Part shown: piece after piece, positions 1 through 8,511 of the stretch
Layout: the number at the start of each line of letters is the position of its first letter
How positions within the stretch are numbered: position 1 is the stretch's first letter
Origin: Schaalia odontolytica
GTDB taxonomy: Bacteria > Actinomycetota > Actinomycetes > Actinomycetales > Actinomycetaceae
Direction of reading: 5' to 3'
Assembly (NCBI RefSeq): GCF_005696695.1
Contig: NZ_CP040006.1
Span: forward strand, 1,440,001 to 1,472,000
Length of the DNA: 32,000 bases
Translations under genes and position numbers: made by a program
The notes under the pieces: generated by a model
The model's database searches: none
What the model was told of the DNA's origin: nothing
What the model saw: the letters and a program-made list of their open reading frames with translations, nothing else

Positions 1-1871
1 TTCGAAGACTGTTCGGCTCCGGAGGTCTCCACCGGGTGCTGGTGAACGATGAAGCCGCGGCCCTCGCAGGCCTCACACGGGGAGGAGAATGCCTCGACGA
101 GGCCCTCACCCACGCGCTTGCGGGTCATCTGGACGAGGCCCAGGGACGTAATCTCGGTGACCTGGTGGCGCGTACGGTCGCGTCCCAGGCACTCCACCAG
201 GCGACGCAGCACGAGGTCACGGTTGGATTCGAGGACCATGTCCACGAAATCGATGATGACGATGCCACCGATGTCGCGCAGGCGCAGCTGGCGCACGATC
301 TCTTCGGCAGCTTCGAGGTTGTTACGGGTCACCGTCTCCTCGAGCGTGCCGCCGGCGCCGATGAACTTGCCGGTGTTGACGTCGATGACGGTCATCGCCT
401 CGGTGCGGTCGATGATCAGGGTGCCGCCCGAGGGCAGCCACACCTTGCGGTCCATGCCCTTGGCGAGCTGCTCGTCGATGCGGTGCGCGCGGAAGACGTC
501 CTCCGTGCCCACCCACTGCTCGACGCGATCGGAGAGCTCGGGGCTGAGCTCGTCGACGTATTCCTTGACGGTCGCGTAGGTGTCGCGCCCCTCGATCACG
601 AGCTTCGAGAAGTCCTCATTGAAGATGTCGCGCACGACGCGCACGGCCAGCTCAGGCTCCCCGCGCAGCAGCGTCGGGGCGCTCTTCGTGTTGGTGCGCT
701 TCTTCTCGATGTCCTCCCACTGACGGGTCAGGCGAGCGACGTCGTCGCGGATCTGCTCCTCCGTCGCGCCTTCCGCGGCGGTGCGCACGATGACGCCAGA
801 GCCCGACGGCACGACAGCCTTGAGGATCTTCTTCAGGCGAGCGCGCTCCTTGTCCGGAAGCTTGCGGGAGATGCCCATCATGGATCCACCGGGGATGAGG
901 ACCAGGTAGCGGCCGGCCAGCGTGATCTGAGAGGTCAGGCGGGCGCCCTTGTGGCCGATCGGGTCCTTCGTCACCTGAACGAGGACCGGATCGCCAGACT
1001 TCAGCGCCGCCTCGATACGACGGGGCTTGCCCTCCATGCCGACGGCGTCCCAATTGACCTCGCCGGCGTACAGGACGGCGTTGCGTCCGCGGCCCACGTC
1101 GACGAATGCCGCTTCCATCGAGGGAAGCACGTTCTGGACGCGGCCCAGGTAGATGTTGCCAACCATCGAGGACTGCGTGCGACGCGCGACGTAGTGCTCG
1201 ACAAGCAGGCCGTCTTCGAGGATCGCGATCTGGTCGAGGCCGTCCTGGTCACGGATGACCATCGTGCGCTCGACGGACTCACGGCGCGCGAGGAACTCGG
1301 ACTCGGAGATGGAGTGGCGACGGCGGCCTTCGCGGCGGCCTTCGCGGCGGCGCATCTTCTTCGCCTCCAGGCGCGTGGATCCCTTCAGGGCCTGGACCTG
1401 GTCCGCGGGATCACCGCCTTCCTCGGAGGAAGCGGAGCTGCGCGCGCGACGGCGACGACGGCGACGACCGGAGGTTTCCTCCTCGTCCGAGGAGTCGGAG
1501 TCCTGCGCGGGCGCGTCGGCCTTGTCGGCGTCTTCCTGGGCGGGGGCCGAGGCCTCGTCCGTCTTCTTGGAGCGACGGCGACGGCGGGTCTTCGGTTCGG
1601 CGGGCGCCTCCTCAGACTCGGAGGCGGGAGCCTCGGGGGCTTCCGCAGTCTCGGCCTCGTCAGCGGCCTTCTTGGAGCGACGGCGACGCTTCGGGGCAGC
1701 CTCTTCGCGAGGAGCAGACTCCTCATCGGTGGCAGCGGACTTACGGCGACGCTTAGGCTCGGGTTCCTCGACAATCGCGGGAGGAGCGACCTCGGGGGCA
1801 GCCTGGAACACGGGCGCCTGGAACAGCAACGACGCGGCGGGTGCCACGGGCGTGGTGGATTCGGTTGTCAC
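1..1871 (-). CDS. rne: Ribonuclease E/G-family endoribonuclease (RNase E); C-terminal end runs off the window start
   Basis: Absent from the ORF track because there is no stop inside the window. Hand translation of the minus strand from GTG 1871-1869 (GGAGA 5 nt upstream) gives VTTESTTPVAP... It continues with Arg-rich/acidic N-terminal segments (KRRRKS, KRRRRSKK, TRRRRRSKK, GRRRRRRRARS). Then comes the S1/catalytic core GNIYLGRVQNVLPSMEAAFVDVGRGRNAVLYAGEV ... TKDPIGHKGARLTSQITLAGRYLVLIPGG. Nt 1-110 encode ...EAFSSPCEACEGRGFIVHQHP (CxxCxGxG zinc-link). The start codon choice is the least certain part. Confidence 0.9.
   Translation of the reverse strand, partial: MTTESTTPVAPAASLLFQAPVFQAAPEVAPPAIVEEPEPKRRRKSAATDEESAPREEAAPKRRRRSKKAADEAETAEAPEAPASESEEAPAEPKTRRRRRSKKTDEASAPAQEDADKADAPAQDSDSSDEEETSGRRRRRRRARSSASSEEGGDPADQVQALKGSTRLEAKKMRRREGRREGRRRHSISESEFLARRESVERTMVIRDQDGLDQIAILEDGLLVEHYVARRTQSSMVGNIYLGRVQNVLPSMEAAFVDVGRGRNAVLYAGEVNWDAVGMEGKPRRIEAALKSGDPVLVQVTKDPIGHKGARLTSQITLAGRYLVLIPGGSMMGISRKLPDKERARLKKILKAVVPSGSGVIVRTAAEGATEEQIRDDVARLTRQWEDIEKKRTNTKSAPTLLRGEPELAVRVVRDIFNEDFSKLVIEGRDTYATVKEYVDELSPELSDRVEQWVGTEDVFRAHRIDEQLAKGMDRKVWLPSGGTLIIDRTEAMTVIDVNTGKFIGAGGTLEETVTRNNLEAAEEIVRQLRLRDIGGIVIIDFVDMVLESNRDLVLRRLVECLGRDRTRHQVTEITSLGLVQMTRKRVGEGLVEAFSSPCEACEGRGFIVHQHPVETSGAEQSS
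1563..1688 (-). repeat. In-frame 21-nt perfect direct repeat (cttcttggagcgacggcgacg at 1563-1583 and 1668-1688, 105 nt apart) encoding the RRRRSKK Arg-rich modules of RNase E
   Basis: Both copies read directly from the sequence. The 105-nt spacing is a multiple of 3. A further (ggcgacgac)x2 run lies at about 1450-1467. Confidence 0.8.
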
Positions 1872-2215
1872 GATTCTCCAATGGCGGGTGCGCGCCCCGT
1901 GCCTGGACGCACCCTTTTTCATCGCCCGCATGGGGCGGAAACCTAGTGGAGCGCTGATGCGCAGCGGCCGGCGGCATATGAATACGTCATCGCTCGGCTC
2001 TCGTCGCGGGGGCACTCCCGCGACATCCATTCACGTCTATTGTCGCACAACAGGGCCTCGTACCGACGATGGGGTGATCAGGACAACGCAACACGGAGCG
2101 ATATCTCACGGAAGAACCCGTAAAAATTATTCGGACGCGTATGTCACAAAACGGCCTCTGAACCAGCATTTCAACCAATCCGACCGAGCTTTTTGGGCTA
2201 CATTAATATCAACCC

Positions 2216-2229
2216 GTGACATAGGTCCC
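2216..2229. promoter_or_regulatory. Candidate DosR-type box GTGAC-ATAG-GTCCC upstream of cydA
   Basis: 9/10 match to the half-sites GGGAC/GTCCC of the M. tuberculosis DosR consensus TTSGGGACTWWAGTCCCSAA as I recall it. Lies 56 nt upstream of the cydA ATG. Confidence 0.25.
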
Positions 2230-2244
2230 ACGGACTTTGGACAC

Positions 2245-2258
2245 GGGACAATCGACCC
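2245..2258. promoter_or_regulatory. Candidate DosR-type box GGGAC-AATC-GACCC upstream of cydA
   Basis: 9/10 half-site match with an A/T-rich 4-nt spacer. Its centre is 29 bp from the first box, and it lies 27 nt upstream of the cydA ATG. Confidence 0.25.
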
Positions 2259-2284
2259 CAATCCCAACACGAGAAGGTCCCATC

Positions 2285-3832
2285 ATGACCCTCGCGCAGA
2301 CAGCGCTTGACGCGGTCACCGTCGGACGATGGCAGTTCGGTGTTACCACCGTCTACCACTTCGTCCTCGTGCCGCTGACGATCGGCCTGTCCCTGCTGGT
2401 TGCCATCATGCAGACCGCGTGGCACCGCACCGGCAAGGAATACTGGCTGCAAGCAACTCGCTTCTTTGGCAAACTCCTCCTCATCAACTTCGCGCTCGGT
2501 GTCGCCACCGGTATCGTGCAGGAGTTCCAGTTCGGCATGAACTGGTCCGAATACTCCCGCTTCGTCGGCGACATCTTCGGCGCCCCCCTGGCCGTTGAGG
2601 CCCTCCTCGCCTTCTTCCTCGAGTCCACCTTCCTGGGCCTGTGGATCTTCGGCTGGGGCCGCCTCTCCAAGGGCATGCACCTGCTGACAATCTGGTGCGT
2701 CGCCCTGGGCACCATGTTCTCCGCGGCCTGGATCCTCGCGGCCAACGCATGGATGCAGCACCCCGTGGGCGCCCGCTTCAACCCCGAGACTGGCCGCGCC
2801 GAGCTCGACGGCGTGAGCGGCTTCATGGAGCTCATCACCTCCGGCGTGTACCTGAGCGAATACGCACACGTCATCACCTCCGCCTGGCTGGTCGCCGGCT
2901 CCTTCGTTGCCGGCATCTCCATCTGGTGGATGGTGCGCACCGCCCGCGAGGGCTCCGAGGAGGCCATGGCTCAGTCGCGTAACGTCTGGCGCCCGATCGC
3001 CCGCTTCGGCCTGACCGCCGTCCTCATCGGCGGCCTCGGCACCGCTGCCTCCGGCCACATCCAGGGCCAGGAGATGGTTGAGGTCCAGCCCATGAAGATG
3101 GCTGCCGCCGAAGGCATCTGCATGGACACCGACGGCGCGGCATTCACCGTTGCCCAGTTCGGCTCCTGCCCCCTCGGCGATGACGGCGCGCAGCCGACCC
3201 AGTTCATCAAGGTCCCCGGCGTCGCGTCCTTCATGTCGCACAACTCCTTCACCGCCACCTCCGAGGGCGTCGCTGACGTCCAGGAGCGCATGGTGGAGCT
3301 GCTCAACTCGGATGCGAACTTCACCGCCAAGTACGGTGACGCCTCGCAGTACGACTTCCGTCCTCCGCAGATGGTCGCCTTCTGGTCGTTCCGCTTCATG
3401 ATCGGCCTGGGCATGCTGGCCTTCCTGCTGGCGGCATGGGGCCTGTGGGCCACCCGCGGTGGACGCACCTCGTCCAACAAGTGGCTGAGCGTCCTCGCCC
3501 TGGTCAACCTCCCGCTGCCGTTCGCTGCCGCTTCCTTCGGCTGGATCTTCACCGAGATGGGTCGTCAGCCGTGGGTTGTCGTCCCGAACCTGCAGGCGCT
3601 GTCCGCGGGCTCCGACCTGGGTTCCGTCAACATGATGACCGACATGGGTATCTCCCCCAACGTCCCGGCTGGCCAGATGCTCACCTCGCTCATCCTGTTC
3701 ACCCTGCTGTACGGCGTCCTCGGCGTCATGTGGTACATCCTCATGAAGCGCTACGCCGTCGAGGGCATCCACTCGTCCAAGGCCGACAAGGCTGAGGCCG
3801 ATGCTCCCGCCGACCTGTCCTTCGGATACTGA
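2285..3832 (+). CDS. cydA: Cytochrome bd ubiquinol/menaquinol oxidase subunit I
   Basis: ORF 2237..3832. I prefer ATG 2285 (MTLAQTALD...), preceded by GAGAAGG. Family hallmarks: WQFGVTTVYHFVLVPLTIGLS, GIVQEFQFGMNWSEYSRFVGDIFG, FTEMGRQPWVV. Confidence 0.95.
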   Translation: MTLAQTALDAVTVGRWQFGVTTVYHFVLVPLTIGLSLLVAIMQTAWHRTGKEYWLQATRFFGKLLLINFALGVATGIVQEFQFGMNWSEYSRFVGDIFGAPLAVEALLAFFLESTFLGLWIFGWGRLSKGMHLLTIWCVALGTMFSAAWILAANAWMQHPVGARFNPETGRAELDGVSGFMELITSGVYLSEYAHVITSAWLVAGSFVAGISIWWMVRTAREGSEEAMAQSRNVWRPIARFGLTAVLIGGLGTAASGHIQGQEMVEVQPMKMAAAEGICMDTDGAAFTVAQFGSCPLGDDGAQPTQFIKVPGVASFMSHNSFTATSEGVADVQERMVELLNSDANFTAKYGDASQYDFRPPQMVAFWSFRFMIGLGMLAFLLAAWGLWATRGGRTSSNKWLSVLALVNLPLPFAAASFGWIFTEMGRQPWVVVPNLQALSAGSDLGSVNMMTDMGISPNVPAGQMLTSLILFTLLYGVLGVMWYILMKRYAVEGIHSSKADKAEADAPADLSFGY

Positions 3833-3846
3833 GAGGAACACCGATC

Positions 3847-4968
3847 ATGACTCTGTCTATCCTGTGGTTCATTCTCATCGCCGTTCTGTGGACGGTCTAC
3901 CTGATCCTCGAGGGCTTCGACTTCGGCGTCGGCATGCTCCTCCCCTTCGTCGCCAAGGGCGACCGTGAGCGCACCCAGACCGTGCGCACGATCGGCCCCC
4001 ACTGGGACGGCAACGAGGTGTGGCTGCTCACCGCTGGTGGCGCGACCTTCGCCGCGTTCCCCGAGTGGTACGCGACCATGTTCTCGGGCATGTACCTGGC
4101 CCTGTTCCTGATCCTCGTCTGCCTGATCATCCGCGTCATGGCTCTCGAGTGGCGCTCCAAGGTCGCCACCGAGAAGTGGCGTCACGCCTGGGACTGGGCG
4201 CACACGATCAGCGCGTGGCTCGTCCCGATCCTGCTCGGCGTCGCTTTCGCGAACTTCGTCCAGGGCATGCGCATCGAGGTCGTTGACGTGGCCACCGGCA
4301 CCGTCATCGACCCGACGCTGGTCAACCAGTCGCTGGCAACCGCGACGCACCAGCTGACCGGCGGTTTCTTCTCGCTGCTCACGCCCTACACCATCCTGGG
4401 TGGTCTGGCCGTTATGGCCGTGTGCCTGGCTCACGGCGCGCAGTTCCTGGCGCTGAAGACGACGGGCGAGGTCCGCGACCGCGCCAACGCAATTGCCGCC
4501 CCCGCGACGATCGCCGCGACCGTCCTGGCCGCCGCCTGGCTCGTGTGGGGTCAGTTCGCCTACACGACGAACGTCCTGGCGTGGATCCCGCTCGTGGTCG
4601 CTGCACTCGCGATCATCGCGTCGACGGCTCTGTCGCAGGCGTCGCTGCGTCGTGAGGGCTGGTCCTTCGTGGCCTCCTCGGTCGCCATCGCCGGCGCTGT
4701 CGCGTGGGTGTTCGCGTCGATGGCTCCGGCCGTCCAGAAGTCCTCGATCAACCCGGCGTACTCGCTGACGATTGATCAGGCTTCCTCGACCCCGTCAACG
4801 CTGACTGTCATGACCATCGTGACCGTCTGTCTGCTGCCGATCGTCCTGGTCTACGTCTTCTGGTCCTACTGGATGTTCCGCGCTCGCGTGGGCGCCGAGG
4901 ACGTCGAGACGCAGACGGGTCTGCTGCTCAAGAAGATCCGTGTGGGCGAAAACTTCTTCGCCAACTGA
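3847..4968 (+). CDS. cydB: Cytochrome bd oxidase subunit II
   Basis: MTLSILWFILIAVLWTVYLILEGFDFGVGMLLPF... is the typical CydB N-terminus. Polytopic membrane protein that starts 15 nt after the cydA stop, with GAGAGGA upstream. Confidence 0.95.
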   Translation: MTLSILWFILIAVLWTVYLILEGFDFGVGMLLPFVAKGDRERTQTVRTIGPHWDGNEVWLLTAGGATFAAFPEWYATMFSGMYLALFLILVCLIIRVMALEWRSKVATEKWRHAWDWAHTISAWLVPILLGVAFANFVQGMRIEVVDVATGTVIDPTLVNQSLATATHQLTGGFFSLLTPYTILGGLAVMAVCLAHGAQFLALKTTGEVRDRANAIAAPATIAATVLAAAWLVWGQFAYTTNVLAWIPLVVAALAIIASTALSQASLRREGWSFVASSVAIAGAVAWVFASMAPAVQKSSINPAYSLTIDQASSTPSTLTVMTIVTVCLLPIVLVYVFWSYWMFRARVGAEDVETQTGLLLKKIRVGENFFAN

Positions 4969-4981
4969 TCCTCGCATCACG

Positions 4982-5023
4982 GCGCGCCCGGTCCCTCGCG
5001 CAGGGGCCGGGCGCGTTTGTTGT
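4982..5023 (+). terminator. Intrinsic terminator after cydB
   Basis: 13-bp GC stem (cgcgcccggtccc 4983-4995 pairing with ggggccgggcgcg 5003-5015, one U-G pair). 7-nt loop, followed by tttgttgt. Confidence 0.8.
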
Positions 5024-5038
5024 CACGCCACGAGGATG

Positions 5039-5052
5039 GGGACCTTTGGCCC
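5039..5052. promoter_or_regulatory. Candidate DosR-type box GGGAC-CTTT-GGCCC upstream of cydD
   Basis: 9/10 half-site match. Lies between the cydB terminator and the cydD GTG, with its centre 38.5 bp upstream of the GTG at 5084. Confidence 0.25.
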
Positions 5053-5083
5053 ATGACGAGGCTTTTTCAGGCACAATAGATAC

Positions 5084-6760
5084 GTGCGTCCCTTTGATCC
5101 TCGCTTGTTGCGTTATGCCCGCTCGGCGCGCGGCCCCATCGCTGTGACGGCCCTCCTGGGGACGTTGACTGCGCTGTTGGTTCTCGCCCAGGCGCTTCTC
5201 ATTTCCGCAGCCCTCTCCCCCGTCGTCTCGGGCACCGCGTCCCTGGCCGACGTCTGGCCCTTCATTGTGGGTATTGCGGCCGTGTTTGCCTGCCGCGCGC
5301 TGATCGTCGCCGCCCGTGAGGCGGTGAGCACTCGCGCGGCCGCTGCCGCGGTCAGGGAGCTGCGCGGACGAGTCGTCGATGCGAGCGTCACGCTGGGACC
5401 TCGTTGGAGGGCGACCAAGGGCGCGGAGACGACGACGCTGCTCTCGACCGGTCTTGAGGATCTGCGTCCCTACTTCGTGTCCTTCCTGCCCCAGCTCGTC
5501 CTCGTGTGCACGGTGACCCCGGCGGCCCTCGGCGTCATTCTCCTGCTCGACTTCTGGTCCGCGCTCATCGCCCTCATCGTTATCCCTCTGATCCCGATCT
5601 TCATGATTCTCATCGGGCGCTTTACGCAGGCGGCCTCAGAGGAGAAGCTCGCGTCGATGAAGCGCCTGACCGCCCAGCTCCTCGACCTCATGTCGGGCCT
5701 GCCCACGCTCCGCGGCCTCGGCCGTGAAAAGGCACCGCGCACGCACCTGCACGCTCTGGGCACCGCGAATACGAAGGCTACGATGGCCACGCTTCGCGTC
5801 GCGTTCCTCTCGGGCGGCGTGCTCGAGTTCCTGACGACCCTGTCGGTGGCCCTCGTCGCCGTCGAGGTCGGTATGCGCCTCGTTTTCGGCAACATTTCGC
5901 TGTTCCACGGCCTCGCTGTCATCATGCTCGCGCCCGAGGTTTTCGAACCCCTGCGCCAGGTCGGCGCGCAGTTCCACGCATCGGCGAACGGCGTCACGGC
6001 GTCGAAGGCAGCGTTCGACATCATCGAAGAGGCCGAGGCCGTGGACTCCTCCGGAACCGACGAATGCCCCGACATGGCACGCACCGACATCGTTCTCGAT
6101 GGCCTCGGCGTGCGTGCGCGCGGCGCGTGGGCTCCGGCTCCGACGAGCGGCGTCATCGCTCCTGGCGTCGTGACAGCACTTTCTGGCCCCTCCGGCGCGG
6201 GAAAGTCGACCATTGTCGCATGTTTGCTGGCCGACATGACACCGGATGCAGGTCGCATCCTGCTGCGGCCGTCTGTCTCGTCCTCCGAAAGCGGCGAGTC
6301 CATCCTGTCGGATATCGATCCCGCCGCGTGGCGTCGCCAGATCTCGTGGGTGCCTCAATCCCCCACGCTGGTTCCCGGTACGATCCTGGACAACATGGGT
6401 GCTCTGCCTCTCGACGACCTCAGCGATGCGGCAGCGGCAACCGGCTTCGATGAGGTCCTAGCCACCGCCCCCGACGGGTGGAATACCGTCATCGGCTCCG
6501 GCGGCGTCGGACTGTCCGTTGGGCAGCGCCAGCGCCTCGCCCTCACGCGAGCCCTCGCCGCACACTCCCAGGTCGTCATCCTCGACGAGCCCACAGCGCA
6601 CCTCGATGCCGTCAGCGAAGAAACCGTCGTGCGGGCCATCGACGCGATGCGGGACGCGGGACGCACCGTCATCGTCATCGCGCACCGCGCAGCCATGATG
6701 GAGGCAGCTGATGCTGTCATCGACGTTCGCTCGGCCGCTGACGAGGAGGCACGCGCATGA
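5084..6760 (+). CDS. cydD: Thiol reductant ABC exporter subunit CydD (fused TMD-NBD)
   Basis: GTG start. MRPFDPRLLRYARSA... is the typical CydD N-terminus. Walker A GPSGAGKST, signature LSVGQRQRLALTRAL, Walker B VVILDEPTAHLD. Position after cydAB fits. No purine-rich SD upstream. Confidence 0.9.
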   Translation: MRPFDPRLLRYARSARGPIAVTALLGTLTALLVLAQALLISAALSPVVSGTASLADVWPFIVGIAAVFACRALIVAAREAVSTRAAAAAVRELRGRVVDASVTLGPRWRATKGAETTTLLSTGLEDLRPYFVSFLPQLVLVCTVTPAALGVILLLDFWSALIALIVIPLIPIFMILIGRFTQAASEEKLASMKRLTAQLLDLMSGLPTLRGLGREKAPRTHLHALGTANTKATMATLRVAFLSGGVLEFLTTLSVALVAVEVGMRLVFGNISLFHGLAVIMLAPEVFEPLRQVGAQFHASANGVTASKAAFDIIEEAEAVDSSGTDECPDMARTDIVLDGLGVRARGAWAPAPTSGVIAPGVVTALSGPSGAGKSTIVACLLADMTPDAGRILLRPSVSSSESGESILSDIDPAAWRRQISWVPQSPTLVPGTILDNMGALPLDDLSDAAAATGFDEVLATAPDGWNTVIGSGGVGLSVGQRQRLALTRALAAHSQVVILDEPTAHLDAVSEETVVRAIDAMRDAGRTVIVIAHRAAMMEAADAVIDVRSAADEEARA

Positions 6761-8511
6761 AGCTCTTTCTCACCCGATCCGAATCCGCTGCGCTGCGCCG
6801 ATGCATCTCCATGCTCGAAGTCTCGCGCTCGGGCTTTGCCCTGTCGTTGCTTCTCGGCGTCACCGCCCTCAGCGCCGCAATCGCCCTCGGCGGCACCGCC
6901 GCCTGGCTCATCGCACGCGCCTCCCAGCAACCCCCGGTCCTCTACCTGACCGTCGCTGCGACCTCGGTTCGCCTCTTTGGTGTCTCGCGTGCCCTCGCAC
7001 GCTACCTGTCGCGCCTTGCTTCCCACAAGGTGGCGCTGACGGGCATGGATAACCTGCGCAACAACCTCTACGACGAATTGGCCGCGGCTCCCGGAACGAA
7101 GCTTTCCTCGCTGCGCCGAGGCGATCTCATGACCCGCGCGGGAGCCGACGTTGACGAGGTTGGCAACGTCGTCGTCAAGACTCTCCTGCCGGCTCTTGTC
7201 GCGGCGATCGTTGGCGTGGGTACGGTCGGCGTCATCACGATCATCTCTCCGGCGGCCGGCATCATCCTCGCGATCAGCCTCGTCGTCTCGGGCGTCATCG
7301 CCCCGGCGCTCATCGCCCGATCGGTGCGCCTGGCCGAGAGCCAGGGCGCCGACGCGCGCACCGACATCGCGGCGACCTCGCTCGCGATCCTCGAGGGTGC
7401 CACCGAGCTGTCCATGGCGGGCACGCTGGAGCGCGCGCGCCACTCGCTCAGCGAGTCCGAGGCTGCCCTGAGCGCCGCTCTGGCCCGCTCGGCGCGCCTG
7501 TCCGCGTTCGCGCGCGGCCTCGACGTGTGCGCGATGGGCGTCGCGGTGATCGGCGCTCTCCTGATCGGGATCCCGCAGACGACCTCGGGGGTCCTCGCGC
7601 AGGTCCTGCTGGCCGTCATCGTCCTCGTCCCGCTATCCGCCTTCGAGGGAGTCGCCGAGCTGACACCCGCCGCCGCCCAGCTCGTGCGCAGCGCCCAGGC
7701 CGCGACGCGCATCTGTTCGCTCCTGGACGAGGAGGCACCGGCGCAGCCCCACGACATCCCGGAGGGACCCACCGTCATCGAGGCACGCGATCTCGCCATC
7801 GGTTGGCCGGGCGGGCCAACGCTCGCAACGGGAATTTCGCTGGAGCTGCGCCCGGGATCATCCCTCGCGATCGTCGGGCCCTCGGGCATCGGCAAGACGA
7901 CGCTGCTGGCGACCCTCACGGGCATCATCCCACCCAAGTCAGGCAGTACTCTGATCAACGGCGTTCCCGCGTGGGGAGCCGATCGCGACCAACTCACCTC
8001 TCGCATCACGATGACGGCGGAGGACGCGCACATCTTTGCCACCACCATCTACGAAAACCTGCGGGTCGCGCGCGCATCCCTTACCCGCGACGAGGCCTCG
8101 GAACTGCTGTCCCGGGCCGGCCTCGCGCAGTGGGTCCAGTCCCTACCCGACGGCCTCGACACCCTGATCGGCTCCGGAGGCACGACCGTGTCCGGCGGCG
8201 AGCGCCGCCGCCTCCTCATGGCCAGGGCTCTCGCCGCGCCCGCTCCGATCATGGCTCTCGACGAGGCCTCCGAGCACCTTGATGCGGCGACGGCCGACCG
8301 CCTCATGGAAACACTCCTGACACGCTCACCCGAGCGGGCTACCCTGGTGGTCACCCACCGATTGAGTGCCCTGGACCAGGCCGACCACGTCATCGTCTTG
8401 GCTGCGCCCGAGCCCGGCCAGTGCGCGACGATCGCTGCGCGCGGCACACACGACGAGGTCATGCAGGCCCTCCCCGCCTACCGCTGGGCCCTCGACCAGG
8501 AGGAACAATGA
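6757..8511 (+). CDS. cydC: Thiol reductant ABC exporter subunit CydC (fused TMD-NBD)
   Basis: ATGA start/stop overlap with cydD at 6757-6760. Walker A GPSGIGKTT, signature VSGGERRRLLMARAL, Walker B IMALDEASEHLD. Confidence 0.9.
   Translation: MKLFLTRSESAALRRCISMLEVSRSGFALSLLLGVTALSAAIALGGTAAWLIARASQQPPVLYLTVAATSVRLFGVSRALARYLSRLASHKVALTGMDNLRNNLYDELAAAPGTKLSSLRRGDLMTRAGADVDEVGNVVVKTLLPALVAAIVGVGTVGVITIISPAAGIILAISLVVSGVIAPALIARSVRLAESQGADARTDIAATSLAILEGATELSMAGTLERARHSLSESEAALSAALARSARLSAFARGLDVCAMGVAVIGALLIGIPQTTSGVLAQVLLAVIVLVPLSAFEGVAELTPAAAQLVRSAQAATRICSLLDEEAPAQPHDIPEGPTVIEARDLAIGWPGGPTLATGISLELRPGSSLAIVGPSGIGKTTLLATLTGIIPPKSGSTLINGVPAWGADRDQLTSRITMTAEDAHIFATTIYENLRVARASLTRDEASELLSRAGLAQWVQSLPDGLDTLIGSGGTTVSGGERRRLLMARALAAPAPIMALDEASEHLDAATADRLMETLLTRSPERATLVVTHRLSALDQADHVIVLAAPEPGQCATIAARGTHDEVMQALPAYRWALDQEEQ

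Noticed and set aside
36-1946. 636-aa plus-strand ORF at the window start
   Set aside because: It is the codon-register shadow of rne, and its translation is Ala/Gly/Leu/Arg-rich with no motifs. The opposite strand gives unmistakable RNase E/G sequence.
1987-2178. 63-aa Cys-containing minus-strand ORF in the rne-cydA intergenic region
   Set aside because: Its codon usage is strongly atypical (many A/T-ending codons), it has no SD, and it lies in the A/T-rich promoter region. It is most likely non-coding.
2140-2232. Rex (TTGTGAA-N4-TTCACAA) or CRP/FNR (TGTGA-N6-TCACA) operator upstream of cydA
   Set aside because: Only a single half-site-like TGTCACAA (about 2141-2148) is present, with no partner. 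The GTGA-N6-TCCC reading at 2216-2229 matches CRP poorly and fits the DosR-type half-sites better (9/10).
2198-3841. 547-aa minus-strand ORF opposite cydA. The same phenomenon appears at 6355-7443, 7068-8048, 14027-15238, 15887-17347, 18072-20162, 20708-21712, 23088-24287, 24627-25730 and 29726-31819.
   Set aside because: These are shadow ORFs opposite confidently identified genes. For almost all of them I checked the coordinates modulo 3, and they share the real gene's codon register. The exceptions are 7068-8048, which is in a different register, and 6355-7443, which shares register with cydC but not with cydD. All have arginine/glycine/alanine-rich nonsense composition, and none has a credible SD or family motif.
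5036-5056. Six-codon mini-ORF ATGGGGACCTTTGGCCCATGA between cydB and cydD (a possible CydX-like or leader peptide)
   Set aside because: It is far too short and not hydrophobic, so it is unlike CydX-type subunits. It has no SD, and the sequence is better explained as the palindromic candidate operator.
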